The notes under the pieces were generated by a model that did no database searches, was not told the origin of the DNA, and worked only from the letters and a program-made list of their open reading frames with translations. 42,500 nt of DNA from Patescibacteria group bacterium. GTDB taxonomy: Bacteria; Patescibacteriota; Gracilibacteria; BD1-5; UBA6164. The position numbers and the translations under genes were made by a program. Below, piece after piece: positions 1 through 12,229 of this stretch (positions within the stretch are counted from its first letter, which is position 1; the number at the start of each line of letters is the position of its first letter). Location: the NCBI GenBank assembly GCA_965656795.1, contig CBFHLZ010000002.1:1-42500 (forward strand). Reading direction: 5' to 3'.

Positions 1-885
1 GCTTCGTTTGGGAAACAAGTTGGAGGACTGATTCAAAAATCACCACAATACGCTCCAATATTTGGTGGTCAAAGTATGCAAAGTATACAACAAGTATGAG
101 GAAAAATTACAGGTGCAGCTAACCAGGTTTCTATTGATAAAGCAAATAGCTTTTCAAAAAAACTTCCATTTTTAAATGAATCTTCTGTTGATAGGACAAG
201 TAAATTACAAAATATTTCTAATAGAATTGAAAATGAATATTGAAATACTAACGTTCCTAATAAATTTTTAAGAAAAGATTTTATAGAAATATTAAAGGCA
301 GCTGATTGAGATGCATCAAATATGGTTAATTCGCCTGAATTTAAGAAAGCTTTTCAATCACTGGGTAAGAAAGTATGACTGAATCCATCTGATATTGCGA
401 ATTTTGATTTCAGAGATGAATCAAAAATTGCTGATACAGTGATAAGACAAATCGAAGGTAAATTTGATGAAAAAACGATATGATTATTAGATGGTGTCTG
501 AAAAAATGGTTGAACATTTGGTAAGTCAGAATTATCTGATTTAGTAAGTTCTGTACAAAGTTGAGAAATAAAAGAAAATGTTACTTCATGAGTAGATGAT
601 AAAATTCAAACTACTGCAAAAAATGCATGAAGTGTAAATTATTATAATATAAGTATTTGATGAGACTCAGTTGGTAATGTATCAGATGGTAAATTAGTAG
701 ATATACCATGATTATTAGATATTGAGCAACAAATATCTAAAATTAGTGATAAACTAACAAACACATATAAATGAGATATAAATAATTCAGAAACATTAAA
801 AAAACATATTAATGATGAATTATATATAAAAGATGAAGATCAAGTGAACAGTATTATAAAAAATCTACAAAAAAAAGATAACTAA
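1..885 (+). CDS. hypothetical protein, C-terminal part (5' end outside window)
   Basis: Frame 1 is open from base 1 to TAA 883-885 once TGA is read as Gly (many in-frame TGA). A hairpin terminator follows. No motif recognised. Confidence 0.6.
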
Positions 886-916
886 AAAAACCTAACTAAA
901 AGTTAGGTTTTTTTTA
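886..916. terminator. bidirectional rho-independent terminator between convergent genes
   Basis: AACCTAACT-AAA-AGTTAGGTT stem-loop flanked by an A-run and a T-run. Confidence 0.6.
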
Positions 917-2110
917 TGAAAAAAATAATTTTTTAAATAAATTTTCATAGGAAATTATTTCGACATCGTCATATATATATTTTCTGATATTTAAAATTTG
1001 GATATCTTGAGTTACTAAATATTTTTTACCATTTACTGGAACTTTGTTTAACTTATTGATCTCTTTTTTAATTTCTTGTTTATCTGAAAATTCTCAAAAA
1101 TGTATACAAATATTTTTTTGATCCTTTTTTACATAAAAATTAAATTCAAATGTTCCATTTATACCAGTATATATTTCATATCAATACGCTAAAAGTTGTT
1201 GATAAAGTAAATTTTCTTTTCTGGTTTGAGGACAGTTACAAAATAAACATAATGAATTTCTCATCCCAGTATCTGTAAAATAATACTTAGATTTTGTAGA
1301 GATAATTTTTCATTTTTTGAAATCAAATGGATTAACTCATAATATAATTTTAGACTGTTGAGCAAAATTAGTATAGTCTATAACTGTTTTTAGAGATATT
1401 TGCATATGTTGACTTATGCATTTATGTAATTCTCTCAATGAAAAGAAAGTATTATTTTTTGAAAGATAACGAATGAAAAAATCAAATAATCATATATTTT
1501 TTACTCAAAAGCTATGATAAATATCTTTTGTGAAAATATCATTTAACATGAGTTGTAAGTGTTTTTTTCTGAAGTGGTTATGCCCTAAAAGAAGTACTTC
1601 AGGGAATGTACCATATAATAGTTGATTTTGAACATCAAAATATTTTCAAATATTATTTACCTTTTCCGGATAAATATGCACTTCATCACAATTGTTTATT
1701 TTTATTGTATTTGAAATAATAATAATCTTATATTTGTTATTGTCTAGATATACAAAATTTAAGAATTCTTTTATATTATCAATTTTGTTTATATTTTTCA
1801 AAATAATAATTTTTATCTGAGGGTTATTTTTCACTTCTAGAATAAAAAATTTTTGGAGATCTTTTCATGATTTAATTTGATTTTCTAAATCGTATTGTTT
1901 ATCAAAATGAAACACTTCTTTTTCTCTTCCTATTTTTTTTATTAATTCATTCATTACACTTGTTTTTCAAGCATTATGAATTCCATTGATAATAACGACT
2001 CTTTTTGTATTGAGTTTTTCTATAATTTCTCTAATTTTTTCTGAATGTTGAAAAAATATTGAAGTTTGAAATAAATGTTCTTTATGATTTTTTAATGTAA
2101 ATTTTGTCAT
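914..2110 (-). CDS. AAA-family ATPase (P-loop N-domain, DUF4143-like layout)
   Basis: 399-codon code-25 ORF, ATG at 2110, TAA at 914-916. Walker A-like INGIHNAGKTS near the N-terminus. Track ORF 1646-1834 is an in-frame fragment of it. Confidence 0.6.
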
Positions 2111-2281
2111 ACTTAAATTATATAAATAATTAATAAATATCTATTACTTTTCAAAATATACTATTATTGTATTATTAATCAAGTTGAATTTTATTATTTA
2201 GTTTTTTTAAGGACAAAAAATATTTATTTTTTGTCTTTTTTTTGTATAATATCGCAAAATTTATTATATATTATAAAATAT

Positions 2282-4045
2282 ATGGAAAAACAAATTCAAC
2301 AATTATTGCAAACAGTTATTAAAAAGAACTATAATGTAGATATTCAAGAGATAAAACTTGAATTTCCACCAAAGAAAGATTTATGAGATTTTGCTTTTGG
2401 TTGTTTTGTGTTATCAAAAGATACAAGAAAAAATCCAGCTATAATAGCAAACGAATTACTTGAACTTTTAAAAAATGAATCTTTAATTGAAGATGTAAAT
2501 ACTGCGGGACCATATTTAAATTTCAAAGTTTCAAAACAAATTTTTGTAGAAGCGCTCAAAAATATGTATGAAAATTTAAACGCACACTTATATTCAAATA
2601 TTTGAAATAATGAAAAAATTATTATTGATTATATTGGTGCAAATGTATGAAAACCACTTCATATCTGACATATGTGTACACCAAATATAGGTCAAGCAAT
2701 GATAAATATATATAAACATTTAGGATATGATGTTATTTCTGATAGTCATATTTGAGATTGGGGAATTATTTTTGGGAAACTCATTACAGCTTATAAACTG
2801 TGGTGAGATGAACAAAAACTTCATGAAAATGCAGTTGAATATTTATTAGAACTTTATATTAAAATAACTGCTGAAGCTAAAAATGATGATACAATAGAAG
2901 AACAAGCAAGAAATGCTTTTAAATTATTATCTTCAGGTGATGAAGAATCGAAAAAACTTTGGGCAGAATTCACTTCATATTCTATCAAAGCTATGAATGA
3001 AAATTTAAATCAATTGAATGTTTTTCCTCAATATAATATTTGAGAAAGTTTTTATGAAGGTTTATGACTTCCTAAAATGGAAGACTATCCAGATTTAACA
3101 GACGATATGCATGAAATTGTAAATGAGTTGGTAAAAAAAGGGATTGCTATAAAAAATGATGATAATTCAGTTTGAGTTGAATTTTCAGACGAATCAAAGT
3201 TAAGCTCTTGTATTTTACAAAAAAGAGATGGAACTCACGGATATTTAGCAAGTGATTTAGCTTGTATTAAATATAGAATTCAAAATTGGTCTCCAGCAAA
3301 AATTGTATATTTTGTAGATGTACGTCAACAACTTCATTTTAAACAAGCTTTTACAATATCTCAACAAGCTGGTTGGTTAGATTGATTATCTCAAGATCAT
3401 AAAACTCAATTATTTCATGCATACAATGGATTTATTTCTGGAAAAGATGGACCATTTTCTACAAGAAAATGAAATATTATTAGAATGTCAGATTTATTGC
3501 AAGAAGCGCAAGATAGAGCGAAAGCTATTATTTTAGAAAAGAGAGATGATATTTCTGGAAAAGAGTTAGAGGAACTTGGTAAAATTATTTGAATCGGAGC
3601 TATTAAATATGGTCATCTCAAAAAATCACGTGAAACTGATATGATTTTTGATTGGGATGAATTTATGACTTTCGAAGGAAATTCATGACCATATATCCAA
3701 TATGCATACGTAAGAGCAAGAAGAATTTTAGAAAATTATTGAAATGATTTAGATTCTAGTGTAATTTGAGTATTTACTAAATCTGAAGAAGTTGACTTAG
3801 TCAAAAATTTAAATTTATACAAAGAAATATTAGAAAAAACTGCTGAAACAAATATGCCTCATCATTTGTGTAAATATGCATTTGAATTAACAAAATCATT
3901 TAATAGTTTTTATAATAATGTACATATTTTAAATGAAGAAGATGAATCTAAGAAAATGATTCGTTTACAACTTGTAGAAGTTTTTTCTCAAACACTTAAA
4001 GAATCATTTTGAATTCTTGGTATTGATATGCCTGAAAAAATGTAA
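2282..4045 (+). CDS. argS: arginine--tRNA ligase
   Basis: PLHIGHM (HIGH motif, with its Gly encoded by TGA 2666-2668), GDFAFGC N-domain, and an anticodon-binding C-terminus ending ...[11 protein letters not shown] 2282, TAA 4043-4045. Confidence 0.95.
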
Positions 4046-4067
4046 ATATTAATAGATATAAATAATA

Positions 4068-4781
4068 ATGGTAGATTATAATAATTTTGCGAAAACCTTT
4101 TCGAAATCTCGTAAAAATATGAAGTGGGAAGAAATGGAATATTTTTTAGAAAAATTAAATATAAATAATTCAACTAAAATATTAGATGTTTGATGTGGTA
4201 ACTGAAGATTTTTATGAGAATTACTCAATAATTTTTGAGAAAAAATAAATAATCAAAATTATATTTGAGCAGATTTATCTTCTGGATTATTAAACGAAGC
4301 TAAAAAGGATTATCCTGACTTTGATTTTAAAGAATTAAATATGTTAGATTTGGATTTACTAAATCCATCCCCTCGTTCCTCGGTACTTCCTTTGACATCA
4401 AAGGAAAACAATAAAGAACAACAGAATTTTTCAGATATATTTTTTTATGCATCTTTTCATCACTTACAAAATATTTCTGATAGAAAAATTGTTTTAGAAA
4501 AAGCATTTGATGTATTAGAAAAATGATGAAAAGTTTATATGACAAATTGGGCCTTGAACTCTGATTTAAATAAAAAAAGATATGCTCAAGCAGAAATAGA
4601 AAATTCCCAAAATAAGTATTGAAGTGTGGACTTTAATATAAAACTTGCTTGAAACGATAGATATTATCATTGTTTTTGCTTAAATGAATTAGAAATATTA
4701 TCACAAGAAGTTTGATTTAAAATAATAGAAAATAGATTGTTTGAAAATGATAGAAACTTTATCACAATTTTAGAGAAATAA
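4068..4781 (+). CDS. class I SAM-dependent methyltransferase (Trm9/Methyltransf_11-like)
   Basis: N-terminal FAKTFSKSRKNMKW, motif I LDVGCGNGRF (two Gly as TGA), later FYASFHHL and LEKGGKVY. Followed by hairpin terminator. Confidence 0.8.
4362..4407 (+). repeat. GC-rich palindromic element copy 1, in-frame inside the methyltransferase CDS
   Basis: AATCCATCCCC...CGGTACT..CCTTTGA..AAAGGAA is shared with 29670-29711. Contains a perfect 8-bp hairpin TCCTTTGA-CA-TCAAAGGA (4388-4405). Confidence 0.55.
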
Positions 4782-4808
4782 AAAAATCCCGAAAGGGATT
4801 TTTTTATT
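4782..4808. terminator. rho-independent terminator (shared by convergent genes)
   Basis: AAAAAATCCC-GAAA-GGGATTTTTTT. Confidence 0.7.
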
Positions 4809-4810
4809 GA

Positions 4811-5614
4811 TTAAAAGTTTGTAATTGGGTATGGAATACCTTGATTTGCAGCAGAAGTATCACTACTACTATTGAGAGTTTCATCAGTTAATACGTTATT
4901 GCTTGAACCTATAAGTGTTTCAGGACATAATGATTTTTCATCATAACAAGATTCACTATCATAACTTCAAACAATTTTTGTTTTATATTGATCACCACCT
5001 TCAACCTTTACTGTATAAGCAATATTATAATAACTTCCTTGTCTATTTCAAGACCAATCTGTATCTGCTGAAAGTGGTTTTTTAAATACAGCATATACAT
5101 ATCTACCAATTCATTCTTCTATTAATGTATTATTTGAACCAACTTTAACATCTCATAATTCTGGATCGTATAAATCTTTTGTAAGATATTTTTTTCCAAG
5201 AGTATTTTGAGAAATTGTACCTTTTGCACCAATTTGTTTTGTTGTCCAATTTGTAGTTCAATCATCTAATCACATAACTTTTCATCCACCAGCAGCTGAT
5301 GTAACTGAATCAATTGCATCACCTGATTTTGATACCACTAATGTGTTTGAAATATTTGCAATAGATCAAGAGTTATACCCCCATCTATTTTCAGTTGCGT
5401 TAAATTCGTCTACTGCTGGATAATAATTATTATCAACATTAAATTGGGCAAGAGAAGTTTCTATTGTTGCAACATCGCTTGTTTTTCTCCCAGCATTTGC
5501 TTTATCAACTGCTCAACCAAAATTTTGGTAGGCAACTACTGAAATAATAGATAAGATAGTAATAACCACTAATAATTCTACGAGCGTAAAGGCTTTATTT
5601 GAAATATTTTTCAT
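4811..5614 (-). CDS. type IV pilin / prepilin-type N-terminal cleavage-methylation domain protein
   Basis: N-terminus MKNISNKAFTLVELLVVITILSII is the classic prepilin leader plus hydrophobic helix. 268 codons under code 25, TAA at 4811-4813. Confidence 0.85.
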
Positions 5615-5752
5615 AGGAGGTATAAAAATAATATATAAACTATTTTATAATATAATTTTTTGAAACGAAGTAAAGAAAAAATTAAAAATTAGAGTTGATT
5701 TTTCTTCATAGAAAGTATATACTCTATTATAAATATTTTTAATAAATATAGT

Positions 5753-7975
5753 ATGTCGTATATAAAGATAGATAAAAAAGTTGAAGCCATCATCCGAAAA
5801 GTGAAAAAATATATGACATGATATACTCCAGCACATATTCATGAGCAAATTTGGAATGCCTATATTTATGCACGTGATGCGCACGAAGGACAAATGAGAA
5901 AATCAGGAGATCCATATATTATCCATCCAGTTGAAGCAACAGATATTTTACTTTCTTTGCAACCGGATATTCATACGATTCAAGCTTGTTTGTTGCATGA
6001 CGTGATTGAGGATACTCCAAAAACAAAAGAAGATATTTATGAAGAATTTTGAGACGAAGTAGCATTTTTATGTGAATGATTAGCTAAATTATCAAATGTT
6101 CGTTATAAATGAAAACAACGTGAAATTGGAAGTCTGAGAAAAATGTTTATTGCCATGGCAGAAGATTTGAGAGTTATATTCGTAAAACTTTCAGACAGAC
6201 TCCATAATATGCAAACTTTAAAATATCATCCAAAACCAGAAAAAAGAGAAAAAATTGCACTCGAAACACTTAATATTTTTTCTCCAATTGCAGATAGATT
6301 ATGACTCTATAATTTAAAAAATTCTCTTGATGAAGAATGTTTTAAAATACTTCATCCGAAAGAATATAAAAATATTGCTAAACAACTCAAATCGCTCGAA
6401 CAATCAAGTGAGGCATTTATGAGAGATGCAAAGCAAGAAATTACTCAAGTGATTTGAAATGAAATAGAAAATTATGAAATTGATTACAGAGTAAAATCTA
6501 TGTTTTCGATTTATAAAAAAATGCAAAAAAAATGACTGACAGATATTAAAAATTTATATGATATTTTTGGGACAAGAATTATTGTAAAAGATTTATCTGA
6601 TTGTTATAAAACCCTAGGTATTATCCATAATAAATGGTCTCCACTCCCATATAGATTTAAAGATTATATTGCTCTACCAAAACCAAATGGATATAAAAGT
6701 ATTCATACGACAGTTGTTTGATTATTAAAACAACATAGACAACAACCAACTGAAATCCAAATTAAAACATTCGAAATGAAACAATACTCTGATATTTGAG
6801 TGGCTGCGCATTTTGAATATAAAGAAAGAGGTTCTGTAGTTTCAAAAGAAGTTGATTGGGTGAAAGAATTAAAAGATGTAGCACAAAATTTAGAAGATAA
6901 CGATTTTATGGGGTCTTTAAAAATAGATTTATTTAAAAATAGAATTTTTGTTTTTACTCCAAAATGAGATCTGATAAATCTTCCGCATGGTTCAACTCCA
7001 GTAGATTTTGCATATTATTTACATACTGATTTATGAGATCATTTAAGTATTGCTCGCGTGAATGAAAAAGTTCATCCACTCGATCAAGAACTTCATAATG
7101 GTGATAGGGTAGAATTGGTTATTGATAAAAATAAAAAACCAAACCCATTTTGGATTTGATTTGTAAAAACAGCAAAAGCTAAAAATGCTATTAAATGATT
7201 TTTGAAAAAAGAAGACAAAGACATTCATAGAGAAAGAGGGAGAGATTTAGTAAATAAATATCTTAAAAAACTCTGACATGAATGATTAGATAAAGATATG
7301 ACGTTATTAAAAAACTTAAATGATCGTGTTTATTCTCAAGAAGAACGTTGGCAATTATTAGAACAAGTAGGGAATTTAAGTCTCAATCCTAATAGTATAA
7401 TTAAAAAAATAGTAGCATCAAATCAACGTATTTTTGATAGAATAGATGAAAAAATAGAAGAAGAAGCTGTAGAATTGGAAGACGAAAATACACAAGTTAT
7501 CAATGAAGAAAATGATGTAAAATCAAACGATATTATTATTTGATGAGAATCGAATTTAGATTATAAGCGTTGTTATTGTTGTAGAAGAACACTTCCAATT
7601 GAAATAGTAGCGCATATCAATTCTTTTTGAAAATTTACGATTCATAGACGTGATTGTAAAATTTTAACAGGAGTGAATAAAGATAGATTGTTGCCAGCAT
7701 ATATTCAAGGAACTCAAGATGAAGAATTATGATATCATATCAATATTGTATTTAAAAATAATACATGAATTTTGAAAATTCTTACAGAAATAATATTTTC
7801 TATGCAAATAGATATAGATGAAATATTATCAAAAAAATTATGAAATATGTATATGTCTTTTGATTTGAAATTAAAAGTACAAAATCACGATTTTATGGTA
7901 ATAGATAGATTTATAGAAAGAATTCAAATGACATTTGCAGATGATTTAATTAATTATAAATCAGAAGAATTATAA
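5753..7975 (+). CDS. rel: bifunctional (p)ppGpp synthetase/hydrolase, long RelA/SpoT homologue
   Basis: HD domain ([14 protein letters not shown]...[21 protein letters not shown]), synthetase domain ([21 protein letters not shown]), and TGS- and ACT-like C-terminal regions. 740 codons. Confidence 0.92.
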
Positions 7976-8011
7976 AAAAACCAGGAAAACTAAGTTTTCC
8001 TGGTTTTTTTA
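7975..8011. terminator. bidirectional terminator between rel and rpsO
   Basis: CCAGGAAAAC-TAA-GTTTTCCTGG flanked by an A-run and a T-run. Confidence 0.7.
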
Positions 8012-8028
8012 TGAAATTAATGTGAAAA

Positions 8029-8298
8029 TTATTTTCTTAATGATAATTTTTCAATTACATTGTTATATTTTTCAACATCTTTTGATTTTAAGTAAGCAAG
8101 AAGTTTTCTTCTTTTTGCTACCATTTTTAAGATACCTCTTCTTGAGTGGTTATCTTTTTTATGTTCTTGTAAGTGGTCTTTTAAATTTTCGATTTCTGCA
8201 GTTAAAATTGCAACTTGTACAGCAGGAGTACCAGTGTCTCCAGCTTTTTCACCAAAATCGGCTACGATTTGTTGTTTTACTTCTTTAGTAACAGCCAT
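8029..8298 (-). CDS. rpsO: 30S ribosomal protein S15
   Basis: [60 protein letters not shown]... is a typical S15. The start is the internal ATG of track ORF 8029-8355. No UGA codons. Confidence 0.95.
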   Translation of the reverse strand: MAVTKEVKQQIVADFGEKAGDTGTPAVQVAILTAEIENLKDHLQEHKKDNHSRRGILKMVAKRRKLLAYLKSKDVEKYNNVIEKLSLRK

Positions 8299-8461
8299 AA
8301 TATGTATTTTACATAATAAAAATAGTGTGATGACCAGAAAATACACTAGTAACATCAGCCAGCAGATTATATGAAAAAATAATAAAATGACAAATTAAAA
8401 TTGAAAAATAATCATTGGGAGGTAATATAGAAAAAATTACTTTTAAAAATCTCTCAAAAAT

Positions 8462-9835
8462 ATGCAAGATTATGCACCAAGTTCAAGAAAATTTATCTTT
8501 GAAACCTATAGATTTGATGTAGCTTCTATGCAAGCGCATTTTTATTATAGTTTATTAGATGAAAAAAATCCTGAAAATACAAAAGGCTTTGAAGAAATTA
8601 TAGATTTTGATGATCCAAATTTTGACATTCGTGCTGATGTAGATTTTGGAGTGTTAGAAAATATTTTATTTCATCTACATTTAGCTTTATGAATTAGTTA
8701 TTATAAAGCATATCCAACTGAAAAATTACTTATTAAATCTTGAAATATAGATAAAGAATCTTTAGATTTTTGGAAAAAATTTTATATAAACTGACTCTGA
8801 GAATTTTTATTTCAAAATAAAATTTCTCCGAAAAATTTATTTCAATTTGAATGTATTTCTGATAGAAATATTGAAAAAAAAGAATTTAGTATTTCTGAAA
8901 AATCACTCGTTCCAATTTGAGGTTGAAAAGATTCTATTGTGAGTTTGGAGTTATTGGAAAAAAATAATTTTGAATTTGATACCTTTGTATTTTGAAAAAT
9001 AGATACTATTAAACAAGATTGTATAAATATTTCTGAAAAAAATAATTTTTTTGTAAGTAGAAAAATTTCTGAAAATTTATTCCAACTCAACCAGCAATGA
9101 TATTTTAATGGTCATGTTCCAATTACCTGAATTATTGCTTTTGTAATGCATTGTGTAGCGTATTTATTTGATTATAAATATTTAGTTTTATCAAATGAAT
9201 TATCAGCAAATTTCTGAAATACCACTTGGCAATGAGTCGAAATTAATCATCAATGGAGTAAATCTCTAGAATTTGAAGTAGATTTAAAAAATTATGTTGA
9301 AAAAAATATTTCAGAAAAAATAAAATATTTTTCTCTTTTAAGAGGAATGTATGAAATAAAAATTGCAAAATTATTTTCTCAATTAGGAAAAAAATATTTT
9401 AGTACTTTTTCAAGTTGTAATAATAATTTTAAAATTCAAAAACAAATAAATCATAGTGGAATCTGGTGTAACACTTGTCCAAAATGTGCTTTTGTTTATA
9501 CTATGTTACATCCATTTTTATCATGAGATGAAATACACGAAATTTTTGGAAAAGATTTATACGAAGATGAAAATTTAGAAGCGTTATTTTGAGAACTTTT
9601 ATGAATATCTTGAATAAAACCATTTGAATGTGTTGGGACAAACCAAGAAGTTACTCTTGCAATGTATTATAGTTATAAAAATTATAACGGGAAAAATCTG
9701 CCATTTATTCTTCAAATATTTAAAGAAAAAGTGCTTGAGAATTTTGAAGAAAACACTATAAATACATTAGAAAAAACTTTATTTAGTATTGATCAAAATA
9801 ATATTATTCCAAATAAATTTAAGGAAATTTTATAA
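8462..9835 (+). CDS. PP-loop (adenine-nucleotide alpha-hydrolase-like) protein, function unknown
   Basis: 457 codons. LVPIGGGKDSIV PP-loop-like motif and a later WCNTCPKCAF Cys cluster. Lies directly upstream of the PBP gene. Confidence 0.6.
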
Positions 9836-9848
9836 AAAATAAAAAAAT

Positions 9849-12143
9849 ATGAGGGCAGAAAAACAAATTCAAAAAATATTAAAAAAACTTGATTCTATAA
9901 ATAGATTGTACTTTGTGGCATGATTTTTTGTGTTATTTTGTTTATTTATTGTGAGTAAAATATTTCAATATACCGTTTTTGATAAACAATTTTACGCAGA
10001 CTTAGCTGATAATCAACAAATTTGAGAAGTTACAGTTCCAGTAACCAGATGAAGTATTTATAGTGATACAAATGATGGAACTATTTTAGCAACTTCACTA
10101 AATTTATATGATATTGCCATTGATCCTCAAGTGGAATGATCAAAACAAAATCTTCAAAAATTTCTCGTAGATGTAGTGTATAAAGAAACCTGTGAAACAG
10201 TAAATCGTAACGATTGTTATGATAATGTTTTAAAATTTTTAAAAGTTATAGAATTACCTGAATTTCAATATAATCAGGAATATTTAAAAAAAGTTATTTG
10301 AGAATTTTTATCAAAAAAAATTAATCAAGAATATGTTACGAGTGTGTTTATTGATAAAGAACTCGAACAAGATAAAATTGATGCAATTAAACTATTATGA
10401 CTCAATGGGATTTATCCAAATTTTCCTTATGTCTATGCAAATCCTCAAGAAATTAATCAATTAGAAAATGTAGTGAAAAAACTTTCTCCAATTATGAACT
10501 TAGACGAAGAAAGGTTAAATTCACTCCTTAGACAAAGAAAAATACGTTATGTTCCAATCATGAATAAACTTTCTATTACCACTTCTGAATTTGTGAAAGA
10601 ATATTTACAGGAAGAACAAACTGCATTAAAGAGTGGTTTGATGAGTAAGGAAGAAAAAGTAGGTGGTTTTGTGATATTAAATCCAAGGCCCCATAGATAT
10701 TATCCAGAAAAAGATATTGCCTCTCAAGTTACGGGTTTTGTCGATGGATGAGGGAGATGACATTATGGATTAGAATGATATTTTGATGATTATTTGAAGT
10801 GAAATAGTGGTAAACTTGTCTCAAGAAAAGATATTTATGGAAGAATAATAAATCCAATTTGATTAGATGAAAATTCTTGAGATACTCAATGAGTTGAAAT
10901 TCATACCACTATTGATAGAAATATACAAAAAAAAGTAGAAGAAATTTTAGAAGATTGAGTAAAAAAATATAGAGCAAATAAAGGAACTGTAGTAGTTATG
11001 GAACCAAAAACCTGAAGAATTTTATCAATGGCAAATTATCCAACATATGATCTAAATAATTTTTCTGATGTATATGAATTAGAAAAAGTACGTTATTCGG
11101 TGTATCCAAATCCTACTATAGATTTACTTTGATATCCAGTTTTTGTAGAAGACTCTCAAGAATGACTAAAATATTATTATGATAATAAAGAAATATTATT
11201 AAGGCCAGCAACAACTCAAGAACTTTGAGATACTTTGATAGTAAAATATAAATTTAAAAATGATTTTTGACCTGCTGTATATCAAAATGATGCAATTTCA
11301 TCTTTATACGAACCAGGTTCTATTATGAAATCAATAATTTTTGCAATTGGTTTAGATACAAATGAATTTTGACCAAATGAATTATATCAAGATAATAATA
11401 AGTTAACGGTAGGACCATTTACTATTGGTAATGTTGATAAAACAAATTGTTGAGGATTGAAAAGTTTTTCAAATGCTTTAGATTTTTCATGTAATGTTTG
11501 ATTTGTTCGTATGGTTCAAAAACTTGGGAAACTAATGGTGTATAATTATTTTGAAAATTTTGGTTTTGATTCAAAAACTGGAATAACATTAGAATGAGAA
11601 ACAGCTTGAAAATTAGCAAATTGGACAAAACTTTGAGATACTAGATTTTATACAAATTCTTATGGTTTAGGTATGTCAGTAACACCACTTCAAATGGCAG
11701 CTGCATATTCTGTAATTGCAAATGGAGGACTGTATTATACTCCCAGAATTGTCGATAGTATAGAATTTTCAGATGGAAAAACTATTACCTATAAAACAGA
11801 GGTTCAAAGAAGAGTTTTACAAGAATCTACCTCTAAGCTCATGACAAAACTTTTAGTTCATGGTGTAGCAGAATGAGCTGCAAAAAATGGTTATATCGAA
11901 TGATTTAACTTAGCAGGGAAGACTGGTACTGCCCAGATTGCATCAAGAGGTTGATATGAAGAGTGAGTAGCTTCAACAAACGCTTCTTTTGCCTGATACT
12001 GACCAGCAGAAGATCCAAAATTTGTAGTTATAGTGAAACTTGAAAGACCAAGAACGAGTAATTACTGAGGTTCAACTTCATCATATATTTTCAGAGATAT
12101 TGCTGAATATTTACTTGATGTATATAAAGTTCCGAAAAAATAA
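9849..12143 (+). CDS. penicillin-binding protein 2 / FtsI-type D,D-transpeptidase
   Basis: N-terminal TM helix, SxxK (EPGSIMKS), SxN (FSCN) and KTG (AGKTGTAQ). Track ORFs 10473-10751 and 11673-11876 are in-frame fragments. Confidence 0.9.
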
Positions 12144-12172
12144 AAAACTGATTTTTAAAAATCAGTTTTTTT
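12144..12172 (+). terminator. rho-independent terminator
   Basis: CTGATTTTT/AAAAATCAG stem followed by a T-run. Confidence 0.7.
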
Positions 12173-12229
12173 ATTTTGTATGTAAAATATTTTGTATATA
12201 GTATAAAAAATTATTTATAATAAATTAAT

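Noticed and set aside
8022-8288. Antisense track ORFs: 8022-8288(+), 12511-12891(-), 17408-17797(-), 23987-24415(-), 29887-30144(-), 5645-5893(-), 36714-36914(+).
   Set aside because: Each lies opposite a well-supported conserved gene (rpsO, lipoprotein, K+ channel, arsC-like region, uvrB, rel, Rep). Each translates to low-complexity Phe/Ile/Leu-rich sequence typical of AT-rich antisense frames.
8299-8400. Relatively GC-rich rpsO 5' leader (TAGTGT...ACACTA stem) as an S15 autoregulatory element.
   Set aside because: It is plausible by analogy, but I cannot fold a convincing pseudoknot or three-way junction by eye. It is left unannotated.
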